A DNA stretch of 64,000 nt from a bacterium (GTDB taxonomy: Bacteria > UBA8248), in the NCBI GenBank assembly GCA_965261085.1, contig OZ253442.1:3424001-3488000 (forward strand). The letters are read 5' to 3'. Shown here one piece after another: positions 41,074 to 51,336 of this stretch. The notes under the pieces are model-generated. The model had not been told where the DNA came from and ran no database searches. It was given only the letters and a program-made list of their open reading frames with translations. Position numbers and translations under genes: made by a program. Numbering within the stretch: position 1 is the stretch's first letter; each line of letters starts with the position of its first letter.

Positions 41074-41110
41074 CGGCATAGCGGGACGCCCTTAGCGGAG
41101 GAGACAGGAA

Positions 41111-44100
41111 GTGGAGTTTACGAGGCGTTTTACCCGGGCCGGAGAAGAGGCGTATGGCGACATCCACTTCGCGCCGCGCACCTCACGCATCATCAACCCG
41201 GACGGCTCGGTCGTCTTCGAAGCGAAGGACGTCATGGCGCCGGAGAACTGGTCCCAGGTGGCCGTCGACATTCTGGCGCAAAAATACCTCCGAAAAGCCG
41301 GCGTCCCCACCCACTCGAAAAAGATTCCCGAAGACGGCGTGCCCGAGTGGCTGCAACGCTCGGAGCCGGACACGGAGAAACTCGAATCCCTGCCCGAGGA
41401 TGAGCAATTCGGCAGCGAGCGAGACGCCCGGGACGTTTTCCACCGCATGGCGGGATGCTGGACGTATTGGGGCTGGAAACACGGTTATTTTCATGTAGAA
41501 GAGGACGCCAAGGCGTTCTATGAGGAGATTTTATTCATACTCGCGAGCCAGATGGCGGCTCCCAATTCGCCGCAGTGGTTCAATACGGGCCTCCACTGGG
41601 CTTACGGCATTACGCGCCCCGCCCAGGGCCATTTCTACTGCGACCCCGAAACCGGGGAAATGCTCCGCTCCACCAATGCCTATGAGCGTCCCCAGCCGCA
41701 TGCGTGCTTCATACAATCGGTGAAAGATGATCTCGTCAACGAGGGCGGGATCATGGATTTGTGGACGCGCGAGGCGCGCATCTTCAAATACGGCTCGGGC
41801 ACCGGCACGAATTTCTCGAGCCTCAGAGCAGAAGGGGAATCGCTCTCGGGTGGAGGAAAAAGTTCCGGACTGATGAGTTTCCTCAAGATTGGGGACCGTG
41901 CCGCGGGCGCAATCAAGTCGGGCGGTACGACGCGACGCGCGGCGAAGATGGTCACGCTCGACATCGATCATCCCGATATCGAGGAATTCATCAACTGGAA
42001 GGTGCATGAAGAACAGAAAGTGGCTGCCTTGGTATCAGGCAGCAAGATGTGCAGCCGGCATATGAACGCCATTCTCGGAGCTTGCCTGGAGGGGAAGAAC
42101 CTGGGCTTGAATGGCAACTTCCATCAGCCGGACAAGAACCCATCGCTCACCAAAGCGATACGCGCCGCAAGGCTCGCCGGTGTTCCGGATAATTACATTC
42201 ATCGAACCCTTCAACTCGCGCGACAAGGCATCACCGAGGTCGAGTTCGAGGAATTCGACACGAACTGGGAAGGCGAGGCCTATACTTCGGTGTCCGGGCA
42301 AAATTCGAACAATTCCATACGAGTTTCAGATGAATTCATGAAAGCCATCGAGAAAAACACGGACTGGAACCTGATTCGGCGCACCGATGGTGAAATTGCC
42401 GACTCCCTTAACTCGAAAGAACTCTGGGACCAGATTGGATATGCGGCGTGGTGCTGCGCAGATCCCGGCCTTCAATTCGATACGACCATCAACGACTGGC
42501 ACACGTGCGCCGCCGATGGGCGCATCAACGGTTCTAATCCCTGCTCGGAATATATGTTCCTCGATGACACCGCATGCAATCTCGCGTCGATGAATCTCAT
42601 GAAATTCCTGGATACTGAAAAGAACCATTTTCAGATAGAAGACTATCGCCACGCTATTCGACTTCTGACAGTCGTCCTGGAAATTTCAGTGCTCATGGCG
42701 CAATTCCCCAGTCCGGAAATAGCCAAACGCTCATATGAGTATCGAACCTTGGGGCTTGGATATGCCAATCTGGGCACCTTGTTGATGGTGCTTGGCATCC
42801 CTTACGATTCGCCGGAAGCGGAGGCATGGTGCAGCGCTCTTACCTCCATCATGACCGGCTGTTCGTATGCCGCCAGCGCTGAGATGGCCGGAGAACTGGG
42901 CGCTTTCGTCAGGTATCAAGGCAATCAAGAGCATATGTTGCGAGTACTGAGAAACCACCGCCGCGCAGCTTATTCAGTGCCTGAAGCCGAATACGAAATG
43001 CTCTCTAAAGCGCCAAAAGGTATCGCTACGGAAATCTGTCCCCATTATCTTCTCCAAGCGGCGCGAGAGGCGTGGGACGATGCTTTGGCCATTGGCTACC
43101 GAAACGGCTATCGGAATGCGCAAGCTACTGTCATTGCACCGACAGGCACCATTGGTCTGGTGATGGATTGTGATACAACGGGAATCGAGCCGGATTTTGC
43201 TTTAGTGAAATTCAAAAAACTGGCCGGAGGCGGTTACTTCAAGATCATCAACCAATCTGTTCCTCTTGCCTTACGGCATCTGGGCTATGACGATGAAGAT
43301 ATCCGTGAAATCGTCGCCTACTGCCGAGGTCGGGGCACCCTCACGAATGCGCCTCATATCAATCCAGAATCTCTGTACGCAAAAGGGTTTACCAGCAAGG
43401 CACTCGAAAAGGTGGAAGCCGCACTTGAAGGGGCGTTTGAAATCCAGTTCGCCTTCAACAAATACTCTCTCGGTGAAGACTTCTGTCGTGAGCAATTAGG
43501 GATCAATGAAGCACAAATAGCCGACTGGAATCTGAATCTGCTCGGAGCCATTGGTTTCACTCCAGAGCAAATTAGTGAAGCGAATGATTTCGTCTGCGGC
43601 AAAATGACGCTAGAAGGCGCGCCCCACCTGAAAGAAGAGCATTTGGCTGTTTTTGATTGCGCAAGCAAATGCGGACGCGAAGGTAAGCGCTTCATCAGCC
43701 CCATGGCCCATGTTCGGATGATGGCAGCGGCACAGCCTTTCATATCAGGCGCCATCAGTAAAACCATCAACATGCCCGCGGAATCCACGATTCAAGAAAT
43801 CTTGGACATATACCATGAATCGTGGCAACGGATGACCAAAGCCATTGCGATTTACCGCGATGGCTCGAAACTAAGCCAACCACTTTCCGCACAAAGCGAA
43901 GCGGAACTCTTCACTGACATTAGTGAAGAAGAACCAGTTTCCCATAGCGCTCCGGTGCACGTAGCCCAGCAGATTGTGCGACGGATTATTTACCAATCCA
44001 GAAGACGCAAGTTGCCTACCCGCCGTGGTGGATACACGCAAAAAGCCGTCATCGGTGGACACAAGGTGTATCTCAGAACCGGGGAATACCAGGATGGCTC

Positions 44101-44701
44101 TATCGGCGAAATTTTTATAGATATGCACAAAGAAGGCGCTGCCTTCAGAAGCCTCATGAACTGTTTCGCCATCGCGATTTCCCTAGGACTCCAACACGGC
44201 GTCCCCTTGGACGAATTTGTGGATGCCTTCGTCTTCACGCGCTTCGAGCCCGGGGGCATAGTCTCAGGCAACCCACATATCAAGATGAGTACGTCCATCA
44301 TCGATTATATCTTCCGTGAGTTGGCAGTTTCATATCTCGGACGCCATGATCTTGCACAAGTCGTGTCGGAGGACTTGAGGAGCGACACTATTGGGCGCCC
44401 CCAGGAAGAGATCCCGGAATTCGACACCGAGGAAGAAGAAGAGATTCGAACCATATTCCCGGGGCCAGATACGAGCGCTCCGCGCAGTAACCGAGTAAGT
44501 TTGAATTATGAGAAAGAATCCACTCACGCTTCAATGACGCCAATAACAGAAACGGACTACGCCTTCGATTCACGCATCGAAGAAGCTCGCGCCAAAGGGT
44601 ATGAGGGTGAAGCATGTAGCGATTGCGGTCTATTCACCTTGGTAAGAAACGGCACGTGTCTAAAATGTATGACATGCGGAGCAACGAGTGGATGTTCTTG
44701 A
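41111..44701 (+). CDS. nrdJ: Adenosylcobalamin-dependent (class II) ribonucleotide reductase
   Basis: [54 protein letters not shown]-terminal CxxC...CxxC. Confidence 0.96.
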   Translation: MEFTRRFTRAGEEAYGDIHFAPRTSRIINPDGSVVFEAKDVMAPENWSQVAVDILAQKYLRKAGVPTHSKKIPEDGVPEWLQRSEPDTEKLESLPEDEQFGSERDARDVFHRMAGCWTYWGWKHGYFHVEEDAKAFYEEILFILASQMAAPNSPQWFNTGLHWAYGITRPAQGHFYCDPETGEMLRSTNAYERPQPHACFIQSVKDDLVNEGGIMDLWTREARIFKYGSGTGTNFSSLRAEGESLSGGGKSSGLMSFLKIGDRAAGAIKSGGTTRRAAKMVTLDIDHPDIEEFINWKVHEEQKVAALVSGSKMCSRHMNAILGACLEGKNLGLNGNFHQPDKNPSLTKAIRAARLAGVPDNYIHRTLQLARQGITEVEFEEFDTNWEGEAYTSVSGQNSNNSIRVSDEFMKAIEKNTDWNLIRRTDGEIADSLNSKELWDQIGYAAWCCADPGLQFDTTINDWHTCAADGRINGSNPCSEYMFLDDTACNLASMNLMKFLDTEKNHFQIEDYRHAIRLLTVVLEISVLMAQFPSPEIAKRSYEYRTLGLGYANLGTLLMVLGIPYDSPEAEAWCSALTSIMTGCSYAASAEMAGELGAFVRYQGNQEHMLRVLRNHRRAAYSVPEAEYEMLSKAPKGIATEICPHYLLQAAREAWDDALAIGYRNGYRNAQATVIAPTGTIGLVMDCDTTGIEPDFALVKFKKLAGGGYFKIINQSVPLALRHLGYDDEDIREIVAYCRGRGTLTNAPHINPESLYAKGFTSKALEKVEAALEGAFEIQFAFNKYSLGEDFCREQLGINEAQIADWNLNLLGAIGFTPEQISEANDFVCGKMTLEGAPHLKEEHLAVFDCASKCGREGKRFISPMAHVRMMAAAQPFISGAISKTINMPAESTIQEILDIYHESWQRMTKAIAIYRDGSKLSQPLSAQSEAELFTDISEEEPVSHSAPVHVAQQIVRRIIYQSRRRKLPTRRGGYTQKAVIGGHKVYLRTGEYQDGSIGEIFIDMHKEGAAFRSLMNCFAIAISLGLQHGVPLDEFVDAFVFTRFEPGGIVSGNPHIKMSTSIIDYIFRELAVSYLGRHDLAQVVSEDLRSDTIGRPQEEIPEFDTEEEEEIRTIFPGPDTSAPRSNRVSLNYEKESTHASMTPITETDYAFDSRIEEARAKGYEGEACSDCGLFTLVRNGTCLKCMTCGATSGCS

Positions 44702-44710
44702 AAATTATTA

Positions 44711-45005
44711 CCCGTCGTGGGGGAAACGGGCGGACTCTGCGACGGGACGAGAGTCGGGGAAAACCCTCGGAGGGTTATTCCCCGACTCTCACCAAAAATA
44801 GAATTCCCATTGAATTCTCTTGCTGCGGGGGAAACGGGCGGACTCTGCAGCAGGACCGGGAACCGGGGATAATACACCTTGTGGGTTGAATCCTCGGTTC
44901 CCATTTTAAGTTAAGCGTAATTCCCTGCTGCGGGGGAAACGGGCGGACTCTGCGGCAGGTCGAGAGCCGGTGAAGTCTCCTAGGGGGAGTTCTTCATCGG
45001 CTCTC
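44711..45005 (+). ncRNA. Tandem array of three two-hairpin RNA modules (44711-44790, 44818-44902, 44924-45005)
   Basis: Invariant gggggaaacgggcggactctgc at 44719, 44827, 44932; compensatory changes in both stems; G-U pairs indicate the + strand. Confidence 0.75.
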
Positions 45006-45013
45006 CCTTTTTT
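44962..45013 (+). terminator. Intrinsic terminator formed by the last hairpin of the array
   Basis: gagagccggtgaag...cttcatcggctctc followed by cc and T6. Confidence 0.65.
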
Positions 45014-45015
45014 AC

Positions 45016-45044
45016 TTGACACTCGAAGCTCCTTCACCTACCTT
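45016..45044 (+). promoter_or_regulatory. Sigma70-type promoter of the tRNA
   Basis: TTGACA, 17-nt spacer, TACCTT, ending 14 nt before the tRNA. Confidence 0.7.
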
Positions 45045-45058
45045 CAGGTTCCTTTTGT

Positions 45059-45134
45059 GGGGGTGTAGCTCAGATGGGAGAGCGCGTGGATCGCACCCAC
45101 GAGGTCAGGGGTTCGAATCCCCTCACCTCCACCA
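45059..45134 (+). tRNA. tRNA-Ala(CGC)
   Basis: Cloverleaf: GGGGGTG/CACCTCC with G3:U70, anticodon stem CGTGG/CCACG with loop ATCGCAC, TTCGAAT T-loop, encoded CCA. Confidence 0.97.
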
Positions 45135-45156
45135 GTACAGTTCCTTGAAATGAATA

Positions 45157-46005
45157 CTACGCATTGAGCATGACGAGAGCCGCCTCTCGTGTCCTCATAC
45201 CTTCTCGAACCCCACGCTTTTCTGCCACTTCATTCATGCATGAAATGACACCGTCTTCCCATGTGCTCATCACATCGCCAATACGCGCGCTCATGGCGCC
45301 GACTGCCGCCACTGCGATCCCCTCGCGCGCCAGATAGGGAAAAGATGCGATACCGGAATCATCTTTTCCCCTCCCTGCATCATTCGCAACAACACCCTTC
45401 AGATTGAGCTTTAAAACATGCGGAACGAGAGTAAGCCCGCAATGAGAAGCTTGGATAAAGACATCTTGGGGCCTTGCTTCTTTGATAGAGCGCAGGACGG
45501 GAATGCCCCATGAGGCGCGTATATTGCCCTCAGGTAAATGCTCTAATTCGTATATTCTATCGTGAAGACTCTCTTCGACAACCACCTTCCGGCCCACCTC
45601 GGCATTGAGCAGACAATCCGAGGCCTCAGCTATTGACTGACCAATTTCAACACCAAGGGACTGGGCTGCCCGATTCACATGGCCGACTTCGCCTTCATAC
45701 ACGGATTCACCCACCGCGAGTCTGGCGGACATGGTCTCACACGCCAACGCAGGCACATGATATTCCTGAGCCAAACACAAACCGCTGATGCCCGCATTAT
45801 CCTTTCCAACTCCCGCCGCATGAGCAACTACTGCTCTCGCCCCCAAGCGCATTGCCCAGGCAATCGTCATGCGTGCGGCGTAAGAACCTCCAATGAGAAC
45901 ATCCCTTTCCCCAACCCTCTCGTCAAAATATGTCATCGAATCCGCTGAGAGAACGCGGCCACGCACGTCTTCATGATGAATCGTCTGTTCATCTATCGCC
46001 ATCAT
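45157..46005 (-). CDS. Hypothetical protein with internal duplication (two AGxGKD...SAR...GV domains, YunC-like tail)
   Basis: AAGVGKDNAGI/DAGRGKDDSGI, MSARL/MSARI, VNRAAQSLGVEIGQ/MNEVAEKRGVREGM. Confidence 0.75.
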   Translation of the reverse strand: MMAIDEQTIHHEDVRGRVLSADSMTYFDERVGERDVLIGGSYAARMTIAWAMRLGARAVVAHAAGVGKDNAGISGLCLAQEYHVPALACETMSARLAVGESVYEGEVGHVNRAAQSLGVEIGQSIAEASDCLLNAEVGRKVVVEESLHDRIYELEHLPEGNIRASWGIPVLRSIKEARPQDVFIQASHCGLTLVPHVLKLNLKGVVANDAGRGKDDSGIASFPYLAREGIAVAAVGAMSARIGDVMSTWEDGVISCMNEVAEKRGVREGMRTREAALVMLNA

Positions 46006-46118
46006 ATTCTCTTTCATTAAGTCATGAACAAAATGTAATTTCTGGAGATATGTCAGCCCAAGAGAAACGCCCGGCTGATACCTCAACCGGGCGTCAAATT
46101 ATCATTCCCCATTGAGCG

Positions 46119-46286
46119 TTAGTATTCAGCAGGAGCATAACCCCCTTCGCCGTCACTTAAGAAGGAGAAATCATCAATTACACTCTTATCAGGCACATCA
46201 TAATTCACATCCGTTGGCAGCACGTCTCCAGACTCTGCAAAAAACTCGTGGTCCAAGACAACAACACTATCTGTTAGCTCGATCAT
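46119..46286 (-). CDS. Putative 55-aa acidic small protein
   Basis: MIELTDSVVVLDHEFFAESGDVLPTDVNYDVPDKSVIDDFSFLSDGEGGYAPAEY; GAGG upstream of the ATG; below the ORF-track cutoff. Confidence 0.45.
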   Translation of the reverse strand: MIELTDSVVVLDHEFFAESGDVLPTDVNYDVPDKSVIDDFSFLSDGEGGYAPAEY

Positions 46287-46654
46287 TTCATCCTCATTTT
46301 ATAGGCTGTTCGATACGAATCTTCTCGGACATGGTTACAGGCGACATCACAAAGGCGGGGAGTATACTCAAATCATTTAAAAAAGCAACACTTTTTTCCC
46401 ATAAACTCTTATTTTTCAAGTGCTAAAATGTATTCACTCAAAGCGATGCTTGTCATTGTCTTTGGTGACATTTGGGGGCGAAATATTTTAATAAGACCAA
46501 AATAGAAAACTGGTGAAATGCAGTTCGTATACCTCCGTCTTGTTTAACACGTAGTATGATGCTAGTGAATACGCGCACAAATAATAGTTGCCCACAAAAG
46601 TGAGAACTTACTCGATAAATGTTTTAGGCGAAAAGGCTTGCGCAACCAAAATGT

Positions 46655-47320
46655 CTAAGCCAAATCCTTTGCTTGGAATTCGATTCGTCCTCCCGGCGGT
46701 TCCACCACCAAATGAAGCGCTTCAGCCAGCCTCCCTGAGAGATGCCACATACCACAAATAAAGGTGAGTTCCACGATCTGACGATTAGAGAAATATTTCT
46801 TCATCTCACTGAATGCGAAGTCGTTGTTCTTGGCCGTGAATTTCGACACTTCATCCGCCCACCGGATAACAGCTTTTTCCTTATCATCGAACAAATCACT
46901 GTCTTTCCAATCATCGCTTTCCAGCAGATTGATTTGATCCTGGCTAAGACCCAGAGCTCGACCGAGCTCCACATTGTGCCCAATTCAGTTGTTACATTCA
47001 GTCAATATGGCCGTTTTGACGATGACGAGCTCCATGAGCCGAATGTAATCGGATTCCGTCTTCAATCGATTCGTCCGGAGCTTTTGGTCGAGCAACATCC
47101 ATCCTTCGACGGTGGGAGGCGAATTTCCCAGAAGCTGCAAAAAGCGCGGGACGGTACCCCACATCCGCTTCGACCAGTCAAAGAGTGGAGTGAGTTCGTC
47201 CTTGAGTTCGTCAGGAATATTATCAGGATCGACAAAAGGCAATCTTGGCAACGGACAGGCCATCATCTCCTCGGTCACGCCCAGACTATCCGGTAAACTC
47301 GTAGCTTCGTCCACAGACAT
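46655..47320 (-). CDS. AhpD/carboxymuconolactone-decarboxylase-family selenoprotein, CxxU, in-frame TGA at 46985-46987
   Basis: ELVIVKTAILTECNN-U-IGHNVELGRALGLS...EKAVIRWADEV...QIVELTF continues in frame; SECIS-like hairpin; GGAG RBS. Confidence 0.85.
46953..46970 (-). promoter_or_regulatory. Candidate bacterial SECIS hairpin
   Basis: Minus strand GGAGCUC-GGUC-GAGCUCU, first loop G at +22 after the UGA. Confidence 0.65.
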
Positions 47321-47346
47321 TGGATTCTCCTTGAAAAAAGTGTGGT

Positions 47347-49596
47347 TTATACACCGCTCGTGGCCAATGCCTCCCGAATATGATGCGGGCCGACGGGCAA
47401 TGAAAAGACGGGTATTCCAATAGCGTCTTGTATGGCGTTCACTATCGCCGCTGCAGTCGCCACAATGGGCGGTTCACCCACTCCCCGCATCCCATAGGGT
47501 GTGCCCTCGGCCGGATTGTCATACAACACAGCATTCAGTTCGGGCATATCCATACTGGTAGGGATCAAATATTCATGGAAGGTATCACCGTGCAAATTTC
47601 CATCCGGGCGCCTTGGTTGCTCTTCCATAAGGGCCAATCCGAGGCCTTGTATCATGGCACCTTCAATTTGCCCCACCACAGACAATGGATTTATGGCAAA
47701 TCCAACATCCTGCACACATGTGAGTCGCAAAACCCTGATTTCTCCGAGTTCGGGGTTTACAGCCACATCCGCTATCTGTCCGGTATGTATCGGACATGGG
47801 GGCGGTTTCGCGCTTTCACCTTGCCCAATTAAAAACCCCTGAATTTCAGGCGCCGCCTTGGCCACCTGCGCAAGTGTCAGGGCACGATCAGGCGCCGAAC
47901 CCACCTTGACTTGGCCATCTTCCAAAACCAGGTCGTCTGCAGCGGCTTCTAGTTTTATGCTCGCCACTTTCAAAATTTTGTCTCGCAAATCGCGCGCAGC
48001 ACTCAAGGTTGCCATCCCCACTGCTCGTGTCGCCTTACTACCCGACGCCGCGGATGATTCAGGAACCGAATCCGTATCTCCGTTCGAGTAACGCACCTCA
48101 TCCAAACTTACACCCAGTTCCTCCGCTGCCAGTTGGCATATCGAAGTACTCATCCCTGTGAGATTCACCGTTCCCGCTACCACTTGTACGGTGCCATCTT
48201 GATTCAGACGGACCGTGCAACTAGATGCCTCTCCCGGCCCCGGCCAATACCCGCAAGCAATGCCACGGCCGAGTTTCCAGCCATCTCCCTGAACCTCTCC
48301 GTTAGCCTCAATCTTCTCTCCCCACTTCCCTTCTACGGCTGTTGAGTCAAGTACACTACGCATGGATGAGTTTTGCTCCTTTCCAGCCAGTGTTTCATCT
48401 CCGGGCTGAAGCGAATTAATTCGCCTTATCTCGAGTGGATCAATCCCCATCTCGCGCGCAATGATGTCCATCTGCACTTCGGTGGCAAAGTGGTATTGAG
48501 GCCCGCTAGGAGCACGCACGGGACCGCAAACAGGGCCATTGGTATACACCGTACACGCGCGAATCCTGACGTTGGGAATGCGATAAGAAGATGAGCCCAT
48601 CAGCATCTTGCTGCTGCACTGGAAAGGCGCGCCTCGGCCATAGGCTCCATGATCCATCGTGACATCAAGCTCCCGGGCTACAAACGTACCATCATTCTTT
48701 ACCGCTGTGCGTATCTTGATGAAATGGGGGTGTCTCGGATTCACGCCAATATGATCTTCTTCGCGGGTCATCTCCATCCGCACTGCCTGGTCTGTTTTCA
48801 AGGCTAATAAAGCGCCTATGTGCTCATACGTACTCTTCAGTTTTGCGCCAAACCCGCCGCCGATTTCAGTAGGAATGACACGAACCTGCGTTGCCGGAAG
48901 CCCAAGCGCCTCAGCCACGTCCGCGCGAATGGCCCACGCATCCTGCGTGGTTGTCCAAATAGTGACTTTCCCGTCGGCGCCAGCCTCGGCAGTGCATGCG
49001 TGAGGCTCAATATAGCCGGCATGTACGAATGGCGTGGAAAAAGTATGCTCAAAAATACGATCCGCCTCTTTGTATCCGGCGTCGACATCTCCCATTTCTT
49101 TTTCAAAACGGGCGATGATATTTTTGTCCGCATTCGGGCCAAGTCCCAAATCTTGCCAATCTTCATGAACGGCAAGCCCCTTGCCAGCCCGGCTATCTAA
49201 GCCGTTTACTACCGGTTCTAAAACTTCATATTCCACGCGAATCAATTCGATGGCCGCTAGGGCGGCATCCATGTTCTCGGCGGCCACGGCAGCCACTGGC
49301 TCTCCGCCATACCGAACATAACCGTCTTGCGCAAACCAACTCTGATCTTTGATATTGGCGCCAAACCGAATGCGGGGAGCTTCATCTCGCGTCACGACCG
49401 CACGGACGCCGAGTATCTTGCGCGCCTCGGTCGCATCCACGCTTTTCACTTTCGCGTACGGGTGCGGGCTGCCCAAGACCAACCCGACAAGTGTCCGACT
49501 CGACGGGACATCAGCCGCAAATTTCGCACTTCCAGCTACTTTGTCCGGGGCATCGATTCGGGTGAAGCCCATGCCCGCCACTTTATAGTTTGTCAT
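47347..49596 (-). CDS. Xanthine dehydrogenase family molybdopterin-binding (large) subunit
   Basis: DKVAGSAKFAAD, VRYGGEPVAAV, HAGYIEP, IGGGFGAK, GQIEGAMIQGLG, GVGEPP. Confidence 0.93.
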   Translation of the reverse strand: MTNYKVAGMGFTRIDAPDKVAGSAKFAADVPSSRTLVGLVLGSPHPYAKVKSVDATEARKILGVRAVVTRDEAPRIRFGANIKDQSWFAQDGYVRYGGEPVAAVAAENMDAALAAIELIRVEYEVLEPVVNGLDSRAGKGLAVHEDWQDLGLGPNADKNIIARFEKEMGDVDAGYKEADRIFEHTFSTPFVHAGYIEPHACTAEAGADGKVTIWTTTQDAWAIRADVAEALGLPATQVRVIPTEIGGGFGAKLKSTYEHIGALLALKTDQAVRMEMTREEDHIGVNPRHPHFIKIRTAVKNDGTFVARELDVTMDHGAYGRGAPFQCSSKMLMGSSSYRIPNVRIRACTVYTNGPVCGPVRAPSGPQYHFATEVQMDIIAREMGIDPLEIRRINSLQPGDETLAGKEQNSSMRSVLDSTAVEGKWGEKIEANGEVQGDGWKLGRGIACGYWPGPGEASSCTVRLNQDGTVQVVAGTVNLTGMSTSICQLAAEELGVSLDEVRYSNGDTDSVPESSAASGSKATRAVGMATLSAARDLRDKILKVASIKLEAAADDLVLEDGQVKVGSAPDRALTLAQVAKAAPEIQGFLIGQGESAKPPPCPIHTGQIADVAVNPELGEIRVLRLTCVQDVGFAINPLSVVGQIEGAMIQGLGLALMEEQPRRPDGNLHGDTFHEYLIPTSMDMPELNAVLYDNPAEGTPYGMRGVGEPPIVATAAAIVNAIQDAIGIPVFSLPVGPHHIREALATSGV

Positions 49597-49701
49597 TTTC
49601 ACCTCGGAGAAATATATGACTTATACCGTTGAATTTCTTATACCATTCGACAATCATTCAGTGCTTTGGCCACGCAACGCATAAATTTATCTCCCCTCCA
49701 T

Positions 49702-50103
49702 CTATTCAGGAACATCCGAGGGTTTGACGCCATGCGTGGCTCGAATTTTCGTTTTGATATTTCCTCTCACATTAAAATCACCTTCAATCCATGCCCATTT
49801 CGGTTCACAAACTTCAACCAAGTCATCGAGTATGGTGCCGACTACCTGTTCATGAAAAATTTCCCGGTCCCTGTAATTATTGATGTAGAGTTTCAGGGAT
49901 TTCAACTCTACTATTTTCTCCCCGGGTACATATTTAATGTGGATTGTAGCGAAATCAGGGAAATTACTGATCGGGCAAAGACAGGTAAATTCAGGAATCG
50001 TGAAATCGACAACGTAATCTCTTTGCTTTGAGGGGTTCGGAACAGCTTCCAGCTTCGCCTCTACAATCATCCTCGCACCATACTTCATCTCGCCTTGAGA
50101 CAT
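49702..50103 (-). CDS. queF: NADPH-dependent 7-cyano-7-deazaguanine reductase
   Basis: [31 protein letters not shown]. Confidence 0.95.
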   Translation of the reverse strand: MSQGEMKYGARMIVEAKLEAVPNPSKQRDYVVDFTIPEFTCLCPISNFPDFATIHIKYVPGEKIVELKSLKLYINNYRDREIFHEQVVGTILDDLVEVCEPKWAWIEGDFNVRGNIKTKIRATHGVKPSDVPE

Positions 50104-50108
50104 TTTCG

Positions 50109-51161
50109 TTATGCTCCAGGAGTCAGATTCACCAACAAAGCGCCATCTTTTCGGGCCACAAACGTATCGTGCGCTTCTTGATATTCCTTAAGGGGAAACC
50201 GATGGGTATTGTACGGGTCCACCTTCATTCTCCCGGCATCAATGAGCGATAAAACCTCATCACCGCAATTGGGATTCGCTCGAACACCAAAAACATCCAT
50301 CTCCTCAAGCACAACGCGTTTCCATGCCAAATCAGGAATGTTATCCGGTATACCCGTGATGGCGACACGCGCACCTTTGCCGCCGCAATCCACACTCCAC
50401 TTAAAGCTATCCGTAGCTCCCGCCGTCTCCAGCACCACGTTGGCTTTTCTTCCGCCAGTCATCTCGTCTATACGTTCCGGCACACCACCCTCTCGGTAAC
50501 TGACAACTTCAGCGCCCTGTTCTCCCAGAATATCGAGCCTCCTGCCACCACCCACAACAATCACGCGTCCTGCGCCCATCGCCTTGACTTATTCATATGC
50601 AAAAACACCAATGGGTCCCGAACCCAATATCACGACCGTATCGCCAGGGTTGATGCCTGCGCGCTTCGCCGTCCAGAGATCACAAGCAGCCGGGTCCACG
50701 GCCGACCCATACTCGAAAGACATACCCTCAGGCATCTTGTGCAAAACCCGTATATTGTTGGTCACATACTCCGCATATGAGCCTTGCGTAATATGCCCAT
50801 ACTGTCTGTGGCCAGTGTCTATCTTTCCATAATTATAGCAGAGGTTATAGCGACCAATGAGACACATGCGGCAAGCGCCGCACCCTGCGTGGCTCGTACC
50901 CGCGACGGCATCACCCATATCGAGCCCGAACCCTTCTGTCATCGGGCCCATCGCCACGATTCTGCCGGCCCACTCGTGCCCTAAGATGGCCGGGAGTTTA
51001 GGCGGCCAGTTGGGGAGGTGACCGCCTTTGATGATTTCGATGTCCGTACCACAAATCGTGGTGCACTCTACTTTGACAAGCACCTCTCCGATATTCGGCT
51101 CCGGAACAGGAACGGATTGAATTTCAAGCCTTTCGGGCGCAGTCATTACAACCGCTTCCAT
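50109..51161 (-). pseudogene. Zn-dependent alcohol/threonine dehydrogenase interrupted by an in-frame TAA at 50589-50591
   Basis: ICGTD, LGHEWAG, CGACRMC..GRYNLC, GSGPIG then FAYE-TAA-VKAMGAGRV in the same frame. Confidence 0.85.
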
Positions 51162-51336
51162 CTTGTCTCCTACCTCTTCGCCATAACGCACATCGAACGC
51201 TGAGGACATAAAATCCAATTCTCCTTCATTCATTTGCTCGCGGGATGATAATTTTAGAATGAATGCAACATTGCTTGGAAATCAATTGCAAACTTCCCCG
51301 CAAGCTGTTCAAACGACAAGGCCATAAAGTACTGTG

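Noticed and set aside
40280-41110. Cobalamin riboswitch upstream of nrdJ
   Set aside because: No recognisable B12-box or conserved core found by eye; a covariance search would be needed to exclude it fully
41111-44701. Intein or intron in nrdJ
   Set aside because: The frame is continuous, the length fits long-form NrdJ and no intein splice or homing-endonuclease motifs were seen
44711-45005. CRISPR array interpretation of the triple repeat
   Set aside because: Repeat flanks covary rather than staying identical, the intervening sequences are related hairpins rather than unique spacers, and no cas gene is in the window
50589-50591. Recoded stop in the Zn-dehydrogenase
   Set aside because: The codon is TAA, not TGA or TAG, and is not at a catalytic Cys position
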